Shown here piece after piece: positions 1 to 9,711 of a stretch of 64,000 nucleotides of DNA (positions within the stretch are counted from its first letter, which is position 1; each line of letters starts with the position of its first letter). The translations under genes were made by a program, and so were the position numbers. The stretch comes from an uncultured delta proteobacterium (GTDB taxonomy: Bacteria > Myxococcota_A > Polyangia > Haliangiales > Haliangiaceae): contig CAWKDB010000002.1 of the NCBI GenBank assembly GCA_963848295.1, positions 800,001 to 864,000 of the forward strand, given 5' to 3'. The notes under the pieces are model-generated. The model saw only the letters and a list, made by a program, of their open reading frames with translations. It was not told where the DNA came from and searched no databases.

Positions 1-1483
1 TCGCGGCGCCGTTCGGACCGGCGAGGCCGTTCGCGCCGTTGTGGGGCGGCGGCAGTCGCGAGTTGTCCCAGCCGCGCGCGGTCGACACCAGCGACGACAA
101 GTCCGGCCCGTTGTCGATCGGGCCCGAGGACGCGGCGCCCATCGGCGGCGGTCCCGAGCTCGGGGCCGACAACGGCAGCGGCTTGGATATCCCGGCGCCC
201 GGGCCACCCGGACGGCGCTTGGGATCATCGGCCGGATCGTCGTAGATCTGGGTCTCGAGCTCGTCGTCGTCCCACGACAGCCCGCTCTCGGCGCGTGCGG
301 GCGCAGCGGCTTGCACCGCTGGCTGCTGCGCGGACATCCGCATGCTCGCCGATGGCGGCGGCGGCGGCATCGTCGTCGACTTGACCGCGGGCAGCGCTTG
401 GGTCGACTTGCGCGGCGGCGGCGGCTGGCTCGATGGCGGACGCGAAATCGGAGCACTACCGGCGGTTGGCGTGCGGCCGATCGCGGGTGCCCCCGGAGGC
501 GGCTCGGTCGGCGCCTTGAGCTGGCGGTAGCTCTCGAGCTTCGCGGTCTCCTCTTCGATCTCCTTGCCGAACGTCTTCTTCATCCAGCCGGCGAGATCCT
601 TGCGCGAGTAGAACTCGCCGGCGGTGTAGACGAACGCCTGCAGCTCGTCGTGCAGATCGATCGCGTTTTGATAGCGATCCTCGACGTCCTTCGCGAGCGC
701 CTTCAAGACGATGCGCTCGAGCTCGTCGGGGATGCGCCGGTTATAGGTCGACGGCGGCAGGATCTCGACGTTGCGCACCTTCTCGAGCGTCGAGAAATCG
801 CTCTCGCCGACGAACAAGCGCTCGCCGGTGAGTAGCTCGTACAACACGATGCCGCACGAGAACACGTCGCTGCGGCGATCGATCGGGATGCCGCGGACCT
901 GCTCCGGCGACATGTAGCCGAACTTGCCTTTGAGAATTCCCGCCTGGGTCTTCGATCCCTTGCCCGCCGCCTTCGCGATGCCGAAGTCGATCAGCTTCAC
1001 CTCGCCTTCGAACGAGACGAGGATGTTCTGGGGCGACACGTCGCGATGCACGAGGTGGAGCTCGCGGCCGCTCTGGTCGCGCTTGTTGTGCGCGTAGTCG
1101 AGGCCTTCGCACACCTTCATCACCGTGAAGCACGCCTGCGAGACCGGCATCGGCTCGCCGATCAACCGGCAACGATCGAACATGCCGCGCAAGTCGCGAC
1201 CGTGGACGTGCTCGAGCGCGATGTAGTACGCGCCATCGACCACGCCGAGATCGAAGATCTGCGCGATGTTCGCGTGGTTCAGCTGAACCGCGAGCTTCGC
1301 TTCTTCGATGAACATGCGGATGAACTCTTTGTCCTCCGCGATGTTCGGCAGAATGCGTTTGACCGCGACGAGCCGCTCGAAACCTTCAACGCCGAAGGCC
1401 TTCGCGCGAAACACCTCGGCCATCCCGCCGACGTTGATGCGCTCGAGTAGATAGTATTTGCCGAAAGGAGTCGGCTTCTTCAC
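1..1483 (-). CDS. Ser/Thr protein kinase (Hanks-type), runs off the left edge of the window
   Basis: Not in the ORF track. Read from GTG at 1483: MKKPTPFGKYYLLERINVGGMAEVFRAKAFGVEGFERLVAVKRILP...HRDVSPQNILV...DFG...GKFGYMSPEQ, followed by a Pro-rich tail. Confidence 0.93.
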   Translation of the reverse strand, partial: MKKPTPFGKYYLLERINVGGMAEVFRAKAFGVEGFERLVAVKRILPNIAEDKEFIRMFIEEAKLAVQLNHANIAQIFDLGVVDGAYYIALEHVHGRDLRGMFDRCRLIGEPMPVSQACFTVMKVCEGLDYAHNKRDQSGRELHLVHRDVSPQNILVSFEGEVKLIDFGIAKAAGKGSKTQAGILKGKFGYMSPEQVRGIPIDRRSDVFSCGIVLYELLTGERLFVGESDFSTLEKVRNVEILPPSTYNRRIPDELERIVLKALAKDVEDRYQNAIDLHDELQAFVYTAGEFYSRKDLAGWMKKTFGKEIEEETAKLESYRQLKAPTEPPPGAPAIGRTPTAGSAPISRPPSSQPPPPRKSTQALPAVKSTTMPPPPPSASMRMSAQQPAVQAAAPARAESGLSWDDDELETQIYDDPADDPKRRPGGPGAGISKPLPLSAPSSGPPPMGAASSGPIDNGPDLSSLVSTARGWDNSRLPPPHNGANGLAGPNGAA

Positions 1484-1625
1484 GTTGCGCGCGCCACAGG
1501 TAGATGAAGGGTGGGACCCTAACCGAAATCGGTTCCTTGGGCCACACCGGTTCGTACCTCCTGGGTGCGCGGAATTCCAGGAAAATCGCCAAGACGTGAA
1601 TGCCGTACAGATCGTCACGGGGAAT

Positions 1626-1725
1626 GGTGACGCTGTCTCTTTTGTCACCTTACCGGCGAACGCACCCCAGCTATCTGCTCGCTTTGGTTAGAAGAAATTG
1701 GTGACGCTGTCTCTATTGTCAACTT
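1626..1725. repeat. Doublet of a 26-bp quasi-palindromic repeat (GGTGAC-N12-GTCACC-TT), copies 1626-1651 and 1700-1725
   Basis: ggtgacgctgtctcttttgtcacctt and ggtgacgctgtctctattgtcaactt with a 48-nt spacer. The same motif recurs at 34640-34740. Confidence 0.85.
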
Positions 1726-1755
1726 GGGGCGCTCGCCGCGCCGGCGCTCGTTCTG

Positions 1756-3186
1756 CTAGTTCTGGGTCAACGCCTGGGCCGGCTCCATCCGAGCCGCTTT
1801 GCGCGCCGGTAGGTAGCCGCCGATCACCGCAAATCCCGCCGCGCATAACAGCCCGCCGCCGATGATCCACCAGCGAAAGTGGAACCAGGTCGACGGCTTG
1901 TACGGGAATCCCGACGCGTAGTGGTTCGACAGATAGTCGAGGCCGAGCGACATCAAGAACCCGAGCATGCAGCCCAGGATGCCGCCGATGATCCCTATCA
2001 GGGCCGCCTCGCAGATCACCAGCGCGCGGACGTCGGTCTGGGACGCACCGACCGCACGGAGTAGGCCCAATTCGCGCCGGCGCTCGGTGATCTGCATGAA
2101 GAAGTTGTGCGCGATGTTGATCGCAGAGATCACGATGATGACCAGCGAAATGATCACGAGCACGAGCCGGATGATGAAGATCACGGTCGCGAACTTCTGA
2201 CCGAGCGAATCGTCGAGCCGGAGATCTTCTTTGTCCTGGAGCCACTGCGCGAACGCCGGGATCTTGCGTTGGTCGTTGAGCGTGACCACGATCGACGAGT
2301 ACGCCGTGCCCGCGTCGGCATTGACGAACTCGGTGTTCCAGCGCTCGATGTAGCCGAGCGGGACGGTCATGCCGATCCGCTTGGCCTTCGCGCTGATCCC
2401 GATGACGACGCCCTCCACTTCGCGGTGGCGACCGGACGCGACCGTCTGGCCGAACACCGACTGGCCGAGGAGCAGCGAGAACCTCATCGCCGACAGGCCG
2501 CCCTGCTTGATCATGAACTTCGCGAAGTCCTCGCCGATCATCGGCGTGCCGTGGCTCTTCGCGTACTCCGTGTTGTAGAGCTCGAGCATCGTCGGCGAGA
2601 TCACGACCGGCACCCGGTGGTGGCACGTGTGGTCACTGCGGTCGCAGTAGTAGCGATCGGGATGCGGGCACGGGCTCGCACCGTCGGGCGGCGGGGGCAC
2701 ACACGCGCCGCCCTTCGGGACGCCCGGCGCTTCCCAGTCGCGGAACAGATCCGCCATGTACTTGTGCTGCTCGGGATCGAGCGATGGATCGTCGACGACG
2801 TAGGCCGGATCGATGCCGTCGGCTGCGCCGCCGACCTCGAGCGACAGCTGGCTGCCGTTGAACGAGCCCGAGCCGAACGCGGGGAACGCGAGGCTCATCC
2901 GTGGCAACACGCGCGAGACCTCGGAGCGAGCCTTGATCTGAGCGACGGTGGTGTCGTCGAGGCGCTTCGTGTCGTTCTGGACGAGCGTGACCTTCGGCGG
3001 GATGACCTCGACCTCTTCGACCGGGAAGATCTTCTCGAGCACCGCGGCGACCTGTTCGGTCGAGGCCAGGAACAGCACGAACGTCGCGATGCCGATCACG
3101 ATGCCGAACACCGACAGCGCGAAGTGGCGCCGGCTGCGCATCGTGTTGCCAGCGACCATCCGCACGAGATTCGTCAGGGGCATCAT
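1756..3186 (-). CDS. ABC transporter permease, FtsX/MacB family
   Basis: N-terminal LSVFGIVIGIA TM, large periplasmic domain, C-terminal ITERRRELGLLRAVGA...PARKAARMEPAQAL signature. Confidence 0.9.
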   Translation of the reverse strand: MMPLTNLVRMVAGNTMRSRRHFALSVFGIVIGIATFVLFLASTEQVAAVLEKIFPVEEVEVIPPKVTLVQNDTKRLDDTTVAQIKARSEVSRVLPRMSLAFPAFGSGSFNGSQLSLEVGGAADGIDPAYVVDDPSLDPEQHKYMADLFRDWEAPGVPKGGACVPPPPDGASPCPHPDRYYCDRSDHTCHHRVPVVISPTMLELYNTEYAKSHGTPMIGEDFAKFMIKQGGLSAMRFSLLLGQSVFGQTVASGRHREVEGVVIGISAKAKRIGMTVPLGYIERWNTEFVNADAGTAYSSIVVTLNDQRKIPAFAQWLQDKEDLRLDDSLGQKFATVIFIIRLVLVIISLVIIVISAINIAHNFFMQITERRRELGLLRAVGASQTDVRALVICEAALIGIIGGILGCMLGFLMSLGLDYLSNHYASGFPYKPSTWFHFRWWIIGGGLLCAAGFAVIGGYLPARKAARMEPAQALTQN

Positions 3187-3201
3187 GGGCGTTGTCCTGC
3201 G

Positions 3202-3924
3202 TTATCCGGCGGGTCCGGCGTGCGCGGCGGCGAGCGCCTCGTCGGTGGTCTCGACCAGCAGGCCATCGCGCATCGCGATCACGCGCTTCGCTACGCTCGA
3301 CACCCGGCGCTCGTGGGTGACGATCAACAGCGTCAGCCCTTCCTTCGCGTTGAGCTCGCGGAAGAAGTCGATGACCTCTTTGCCGGTCTCGCTGTCGAGG
3401 CTGCCGGTCGGCTCGTCGCACAGCAGCAGCTTCGGCCCGCTGAACAGCGCGCGCGCGATCGCGACTCGCTGCTTCTGGCCGCCCGACAGCTCGCCCGGGT
3501 GCCGGTGCGCGAAGTCTGCCAAGTTGACCCGGCGCAGCGCCTCGCGGCCGCGGCCGACGGCATCCTTGTGCGACGACGAGAACGACGCCGGCAAGATCAC
3601 GTTATCGAGCACGTTCTTGTGATCGAGCAGGTTGAACGCCTGGAACACGAAGCCGATCGACTTGTTGCGTAGCTCGGCGCGCTTGGCATCGCCCGCCTTG
3701 CGGGTGTCGACGCCGAGCACCTCGACCTCACCCGCATCGGGGTTATCGAGGCCGCCGATCACGTTGAGCAGCGTCGATTTGCCCGAGCCGGACTGGCCGA
3801 CCAACGCGACAAACTCGCCGGCATCGATGTCGAAGCTGACACCGCGAAGCACTTCGGTCCTCGCAGCGCCAACGCCGTAGCTCTTCGTAATGTCGCGCAA
3901 CCGAACGACCGGGCCGGCGGGCAC
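3202..3924 (-). CDS. ABC transporter ATP-binding protein (LolD/MacB-like)
   Basis: Walker A GQSGSGKS, LSGGQKQR signature, CDEPTGSLD, IVTH. Confidence 0.95.
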   Translation of the reverse strand: MPAGPVVRLRDITKSYGVGAARTEVLRGVSFDIDAGEFVALVGQSGSGKSTLLNVIGGLDNPDAGEVEVLGVDTRKAGDAKRAELRNKSIGFVFQAFNLLDHKNVLDNVILPASFSSSHKDAVGRGREALRRVNLADFAHRHPGELSGGQKQRVAIARALFSGPKLLLCDEPTGSLDSETGKEVIDFFRELNAKEGLTLLIVTHERRVSSVAKRVIAMRDGLLVETTDEALAAAHAGPAG

Positions 3925-3943
3925 GCGCGAAACCTAGCACGAT

Positions 3944-5437
3944 TTACGGCGCTGCCTCGGCTTGCAGCTTCAATCCATCGTTTCCAAGCGTTGCCGTCAC
4001 GCTCACCCGCTGCCAGTGCTGTAACAGCGCGAGCACGGGCTGCGGAAGCTGGACATCCATCGCCGCGAACATGTCCTGCCAGGCGGCGGGCGACAGCTTG
4101 CGCGGCTGGATCACGATGCTGGCCGCGACCGGCCGGCTCACCTGAGGCGACGTCGCGACGACGCGGTCGATCAGGCCATCGCCGATCGCGAAGATCGCGA
4201 GCGTGTCGGTCAACACGTAGTCGACGGTCGGCTCGGTCGGGATCGACAGCTCGTGGCCGGAGTACGTACCGAACCGCTTCGCGTGGTCCAAGCGCGACCG
4301 CAAGAACGACGGAATGCGATCGAGCTCTTCGGCGAGCATGTCGGCGATCGCCTTCTGCCCGGCCAGATCGGCGGACAGCACGCCGGTGGGCTTGCCGTCG
4401 CTGAACGTCTCGAGCGCCGCGCGCAGCGTGCGGACCTGGAACCGGCGCAGATCCGAGAGCTCGATGTCGAGCGCGCTGGCGCACGGCGCGAGCCAGGCGA
4501 GTCCCGCCTCGAGATCGAGGTTCCATTCCAGCGCGATCGGGGCCTCCGCCGCGATGCTCTGCCATCCCGGCGGTGGGGAGAGCACGCTGTGGGCAACCGC
4601 CGCGGCGGCGACCGAGGGATCGAGCGCGGCGGACACGCTGAACCCGACGGCGCCGTTGCGCATGCCCGAGCCGACCTCGACATGAGCGAAGGTCGCGAGC
4701 TGCTTGGTGCAAGCCGCCGCGCCCGGCCACTCCTTCGTGACGATCTCGAGCAGGCGCGGCACGTCGACAAAGCCGCCGACCGTCGCGGTCGCGTCGCTGC
4801 CCGCGTAGAACGTGTCGCCGCCGATCAGCCGATCGCGGCGCTGCCAGTCGCGCGAGTGTGGATCGTGGAGCGCGGCGAACCAGGCTCCGGTCGCCGGACC
4901 TGCGCCGACGTGGACGAGCAGCCAATCGTGGTCGATCACCCAGCTGATCGAGGTACCGAACGACATCGCGTACGTGGACACGACGAGGTCCCCCACCTTC
5001 GCGGTGCTCGCGACCATGCCCGCGCCGATCGCCTTCGCGATGAACGCGTGCAACCGCTCGGGCGCGGACAGATGAACCGCGAACGTCGGGGCGAGCTCGT
5101 CGGAGAACACCGCGACATTGCCGTCGAGGTCGAAGCCGAGCCCTGCGAGCTGGTTCGGATCGAGAGGGTCGACGCCGAACTCGGCGCGCATCCCTGCCGA
5201 CACCATCGCCGCGGTGCCACCGATCACCGGGCCGACGAGATCGGCGAGGTGCGTGACCGCGGCCTGGGCGTCGCGCAGCGTCGGGGCGACGAATCCGTAG
5301 GTTGGCTGGATCGGGAACCACCGCGTCACCGGCAGCTGCGTCGTGATGTCGCCGGGCTCCGAGCCGCCGGTCGTTGCCCCGTGGGGCACGGCCGGCCCGC
5401 ACGCTGCGAGCACCGCCGCGATCGCTAGGGATTTCAT
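3944..5437 (-). CDS. Hypothetical lipoprotein
   Basis: 497 aa ORF with lipobox-like VLAAC; co-oriented with the ABC genes. Confidence 0.75.
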   Translation of the reverse strand: MKSLAIAAVLAACGPAVPHGATTGGSEPGDITTQLPVTRWFPIQPTYGFVAPTLRDAQAAVTHLADLVGPVIGGTAAMVSAGMRAEFGVDPLDPNQLAGLGFDLDGNVAVFSDELAPTFAVHLSAPERLHAFIAKAIGAGMVASTAKVGDLVVSTYAMSFGTSISWVIDHDWLLVHVGAGPATGAWFAALHDPHSRDWQRRDRLIGGDTFYAGSDATATVGGFVDVPRLLEIVTKEWPGAAACTKQLATFAHVEVGSGMRNGAVGFSVSAALDPSVAAAAVAHSVLSPPPGWQSIAAEAPIALEWNLDLEAGLAWLAPCASALDIELSDLRRFQVRTLRAALETFSDGKPTGVLSADLAGQKAIADMLAEELDRIPSFLRSRLDHAKRFGTYSGHELSIPTEPTVDYVLTDTLAIFAIGDGLIDRVVATSPQVSRPVAASIVIQPRKLSPAAWQDMFAAMDVQLPQPVLALLQHWQRVSVTATLGNDGLKLQAEAAP

Positions 5438-5523
5438 GGCTGAAGCTTCCCAGGAAACCGCGCGGCGCGCTGGCCGATAGCACCGGCAACGCGAGGCACA
5501 ACCATGTATCCTGCGAGCAGCTC

Positions 5524-5844
5524 ATGACGTCGATCGGCGGACCCGGTGGCATCGGTGGACCCAAGGGCCCCGGCGGCCCACAAGGCCCAGACGGTGACGG
5601 TGGCGTCGGCGATGTCGCGGACGTGGCCGGCAGTCGCGAGACCGCGGCGACGCCCGGCTCGATCGACGCGCTGGCGGCCGATCTCGCCGCGGGCAAGTTG
5701 ACCCCGCACGAGGCGATCGATCGCCTGGTCGAAGCGACCGCGACCCCGGAGCTCGGCGCGGCCGAACGCGCTGAGCTGCGCGAGCTGATCACCGACTTGG
5801 TCGCCAACGATCCGCACCTCGCGGCGCTCGCGAGCCGGCTCTAA
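5524..5844 (+). CDS. Small hypothetical protein with Gly/Pro-rich N-terminus
   Basis: MTSIGGPGGIGGPKGPGGP...LAALASRL; the TAA stop is completed by the IS end. Confidence 0.65.
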   Translation: MTSIGGPGGIGGPKGPGGPQGPDGDGGVGDVADVAGSRETAATPGSIDALAADLAAGKLTPHEAIDRLVEATATPELGAAERAELRELITDLVANDPHLAALASRL

Positions 5845-7020
5845 ACAGAATCGCACGGCTTGTGGATCACAGGAACCTGGCCACGTGATTCGCGATCAGC
5901 TTCGGGTCCTCCTGAAACATCGCGAAGGTTGCGCAGAGGGCCGTGTCGCGCTCTTCGACGGTCTTGTAAAAGCGATTGTGGGTGGTTCGTTTCTTGGTCA
6001 CTTTCCAGACACCTTCAATCGCATTGAACTCGGGCGAATAGGGCGGCAGTCGGAACAGCTCGATGCGATGGCGGTTCTCCTTTAGCCACAGCTTTCCGTC
6101 TTCCTTGAGATTGTGGCAGGGACCGTTGTCGATGATCAGGAAGATCTTGCGCCGGGTTCGAGCAACGACCTGCTTGAGGAAGTCGAAGAACGTGAGTCCG
6201 TTGAAGACGGGCGCAAACTTGTAGTGGAACCGTGGTCGTTGCTCGAGCGTAACGACGCCGAAGACGTGCGCCGTCTTGCGCATGCCGAACGTGTCTACGC
6301 GGGGCTGGCAGCCAACTCGGGACCACGTTTGGTGGAGCGTCCCGTCGAGCCAGAAGCTGGCCTCGTCGCCGAAGGCAACGACGCCGCGGCACTGGCGCGC
6401 TTTTTTTTAATCTTCGGCAAGGTCTCTCGCAGCCACGTGGCCTGCCGCGCAAGATCGGCTCGGGCCAGCCGTTTACGCGGCCGCTGGACCGAGAACTTGA
6501 GTTGGTGCAGGAGCCTCGGCACGTGATGATTGTGATAGCGAACGCCGAACCGCTCCTCGATCAGGTCGCCGATCATCGGACCGGTCCAGACACCGGACTG
6601 ATAGCCTGCCTGCATCGGGCCCAGTTCAATGATGATCCCCAGAGCCTCGCGTTGCTCGTCGGTGAGCTTCGGCGCAGGGCCTTCGGCAATCGAAGTCCGA
6701 AGCCCCTCAACGTGATCGACGTCGTACCACTGGAGCCAGCGATTGACGGAGCCGCGTGTGATGCCGAAGTCGACCGCGATGTGCGTGACTTTTCGTCCAT
6801 CGATGTATGCACGAACAGCACGGCCCCGACGCCATTCGCCGAGGTCGTTCTTGAGTTGCGCTTCGACGATAAAATCGTCGAGCTGTTTGAGCTGCGTGCC
6901 ACGGCGACGCGAGCGACGAATTGCCTTGCCTGGTTGAGATCGAGCCACGATCGCCGCACGATGATCCTCTCGGGATCCTTCGTCAATAGGCGAGGATCTC
7001 AGCCTGTGCGATCCTGTTTA
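5842..7020 (-). mobile_element. IS630-family insertion sequence, copy 1 (coordinates include the duplicated TA)
   Basis: Imperfect terminal IRs TAAACAGAATCGCACGGCT / TAAACAGGATCGCACAGGCT (rc), TA at both ends, flanks C|TA...TA|G, second copy at offset +47304. Confidence 0.95.
5867..6948 (-). CDS. IS630-family transposase, HTH ORF plus DDE ORF joined by a -1 frameshift at A8G (6400-6408)
   Basis: ORF A carries the HTH and WTGPMI...RLLHQLKFSVQRPR. The shifted frame reads AFGDEASFW...IIDNGPCH...LPPYSPEFNAIEGVW (DDE_3-type motifs). Confidence 0.92.
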
Positions 7021-7689
7021 GTAGACCATATCGCCGATGAAGATCGTGCCGGTCGTCGAGCCCTGCGGGCCGACGAATTGCACCGGCAGGCTGATCTTGG
7101 GGCCGATCCGGATCATCGAGAACGGCCGGGTCATCGGCCGGCCGGTCGGGTCGCGAAATGCGGCGAGCAACTGGATCGTGCCCGGGCGATCGACGTCGTT
7201 GACCAGCGTCGCGGTTACGACGGCCTTGCCGAAGTCATCGCGGACGTGGATCGCTTCGACATGCATCGACGGCGGCGACTCCGGCACGAGGACGCCGCGC
7301 ACGTGGATCTTCGCGCTCGCCGCGCCGGCGCGCGCTTTCCGTTGGTCGTCGACGAGCGCGAACGTGCGGGTCTCACCGGGCGGCGTCCAGATCGACTGTG
7401 CGCGTAGGTGGCCGAGGATCGCGCCGTGCGCATCGAGCAGATCGCCGTCGAGCGAGACGTAGGCTCCTTCGGCCGCGACGCTCTTCGCGTCGACGATCAC
7501 GAACGACGCGGGCGGCTGGCCCTCGTCGCCGACGGTGTCGGTGCGCAGCTGCGCGTTCGGTGCGACGACGACCTGGTCGAGCCCGATGTGCCGGGTCGTA
7601 TTGTCGTTGCAGCTCGCGAGCGCGAGCAGAGCGCACAGACCGGCGGCCCCGCAAATCGAGTCGGCCGTCCTGGTTGCGGCACGCACCAC
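7018..7689 (-). CDS. Hypothetical lipoprotein (beta-rich)
   Basis: LLALASC lipobox. GTG start near 7689 inferred; the ORF-track start at 7836 overlaps the next gene. Confidence 0.7.
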   Translation of the reverse strand: MVRAATRTADSICGAAGLCALLALASCNDNTTRHIGLDQVVVAPNAQLRTDTVGDEGQPPASFVIVDAKSVAAEGAYVSLDGDLLDAHGAILGHLRAQSIWTPPGETRTFALVDDQRKARAGAASAKIHVRGVLVPESPPSMHVEAIHVRDDFGKAVVTATLVNDVDRPGTIQLLAAFRDPTGRPMTRPFSMIRIGPKISLPVQFVGPQGSTTGTIFIGDMVY

Positions 7690-7711
7690 GACGGTATAGC
7701 ACCCGTCGCAG

Positions 7712-8014
7712 CTAGGCGGCGCGGCCGGCCGGGCGCGCGTACATCCGCAGTAGCTCGCGCGCCTTCTCGGGCAACTCGAGCTCGCTCGTATCGAAGCCGG
7801 CGAGCGCGGTCGCCAGGGTCTGGACGCGCTCGTCATCGGTCGCGCGCTTGTCGATGATCACGCGCCACTGCATGCCGTTCGGCGCCTTGACCTTGCACAG
7901 CCCGCCGCGCATCGCGGCGTTCTGGATCCCGACCTGGAGCGGTTCGTAGCTGACTTTGATCGCGAGCTGTTCGGCGGCGGCCTCGAGGAGCTCGAGCATG
8001 ACGGCGGACTTCAT
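7712..8014 (-). CDS. Small hypothetical protein
   Basis: 100 aa globular-looking ORF (LELLEAAAEQLAIKVSYE...GGLCKV...VIIDKR) that fits between its neighbours. Confidence 0.75.
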   Translation of the reverse strand: MKSAVMLELLEAAAEQLAIKVSYEPLQVGIQNAAMRGGLCKVKAPNGMQWRVIIDKRATDDERVQTLATALAGFDTSELELPEKARELLRMYARPAGRAA

Positions 8015-8097
8015 GGCGTGAGCTCACACTAGGGTCCGGCGATCGATGGCGCAACCTTTCTGTCCGGTAACCGGACAGCCGAGATCTCGCGGGGTTA

Positions 8098-9711
8098 CTA
8101 GCCTACGACGACATCGGAGATCGGCAGCGTCACCGAAAACAACGCTCCGCCGAGCTCGGACCGGGTCACCGCGATGTGACCGTGGTGCTGATCGACGATG
8201 TTGCGCACGATCGGCAGCCCCAGACCGGTGCCCTTGCCGTCGGGCTTGGTCGTGAAAAACGGCTCGAAGATCCGCTCTCGATCGCCGTCCGGAACGCCCG
8301 GGCCGGAGTCGGCGACCTCGATCTTGACCGTGGTCGCGCTGTCCGGTGCGGCGCGGACGATGACCCGGCCACCTTGATCGACCGCGTGCACCGCGTTCGT
8401 GATCAGGTTGATCAGCACTTGCTCGAGCTGGCCGCGCGCGGCATGGATCACGGGCAGATCCGGCGACAGATCGACCTCGAGGCCGGCGCCGCCGTGCTCG
8501 GCGACGTGCTCGCAGATCGAGACGCATTGGCGAACGACGCTCGTCAGATCGACGGGCTCGAGCTCTCTGCCGCTCGGCCTGGCGTACTGTACGAGGTCGC
8601 GCGAGAACCGCAAGATTCGCTGCGCGCCCGCACCGATCCGCCGCAGCTTCTCGACGTCGGAAGCGTCTTGGCCCTGCGCCTCGAGCCGGCGCACGAGGTA
8701 CTCGGCGTAGACCGTGATCGAAGTCAGCGGGTTGTTGAGCTCGTGAACGACACCTGCCGCGAGCTCGCCGAGGGTGGCCAGCCGCTCCTGGCGTACGACC
8801 TGTTGCTGCAACAAGTCGATCTTCGATTGGTCCTGGCCGATCGCGACGACGGCTTCGATCGCTCCACCCGGTGCGCCGGCGCGGCCGACCGGCGCGATGC
8901 TCCACACGCTGCGCACTTGACCGGCGCTGCGTGTCGGCAACATGACGGTGACCGCCGCATGGTGCTGGCCCGACAACGCCGCCGCGAACGCCGACATCAG
9001 CGGGCCGCGCTGATCGCGCGAGATGAAGTCACGGACGTCGCGGCCGAGCAGATCGTCGCGGTCGAAGCCCGTGATCTCGAGCAGCGCGCGATTGCACACC
9101 GTGATCCGCCAGCCGCGATCGATGCCGAGGATCAAGGCGTTCGCGCTGTCGAGCAGGCGTGCCTGATAATCGCGCAGGCCGATCGCATCCTCGGAGAGCC
9201 GGATCGCGCGGAGCTGTGCGGCGACCTGGCTCGCGATCGGACGGACGACCGGCTCGTCGATCCACCCGCGCCCTCCCTCGGCGGCGCCGTCGTCGCCCGG
9301 CGGGTAGCCGATGTCGAGCACACCGTAGAGCTCGCCGCTCGCCGCGAGCGGGATCGCAAAGCCGGTCGCGATGCCGGTGAACGGCGAGTCCCAGCGCTCG
9401 CGCACCGAGATCCGAGCGCTCGCCGCGACCGCGCTCTTGAGCTTCGCGCGCGCCAGCGCCTCAGCCGTCAGCGCGATGCTGTCGGCCTCGATGCCATCGC
9501 GCAGCGGCGCGCCGCGGACGTACCCACGGGCCGGCTCGCGACTCCGGATCTCGACCGCTCGCACGGCAAGGGCGCGGCCGGGCAACAGCTGCGACAGCAC
9601 GCCGAGCACGCGCTCGATCAGCGCGACCTCGGTCGCCGCGAACGGCAGCTCGAGGGCAAGCTCGCGCAGCGCGGTGAGTTGCAGCGCGTCGGGGGCGGAC
9701 TCGAGGCTCAC
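8098..9711 (-). CDS. GAF/PAS sensor histidine kinase
   Basis: PAS domain, H-box [11 protein letters not shown]-box [25 protein letters not shown]. Confidence 0.93.
   Translation of the reverse strand: MSLESAPDALQLTALRELALELPFAATEVALIERVLGVLSQLLPGRALAVRAVEIRSREPARGYVRGAPLRDGIEADSIALTAEALARAKLKSAVAASARISVRERWDSPFTGIATGFAIPLAASGELYGVLDIGYPPGDDGAAEGGRGWIDEPVVRPIASQVAAQLRAIRLSEDAIGLRDYQARLLDSANALILGIDRGWRITVCNRALLEITGFDRDDLLGRDVRDFISRDQRGPLMSAFAAALSGQHHAAVTVMLPTRSAGQVRSVWSIAPVGRAGAPGGAIEAVVAIGQDQSKIDLLQQQVVRQERLATLGELAAGVVHELNNPLTSITVYAEYLVRRLEAQGQDASDVEKLRRIGAGAQRILRFSRDLVQYARPSGRELEPVDLTSVVRQCVSICEHVAEHGGAGLEVDLSPDLPVIHAARGQLEQVLINLITNAVHAVDQGGRVIVRAAPDSATTVKIEVADSGPGVPDGDRERIFEPFFTTKPDGKGTGLGLPIVRNIVDQHHGHIAVTRSELGGALFSVTLPISDVVVG

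Noticed and set aside
1626..1725. CRISPR array (also 34640-34740)
   Set aside because: Only two repeats per locus, no leader and no cas genes; kept as a REP-like doublet.
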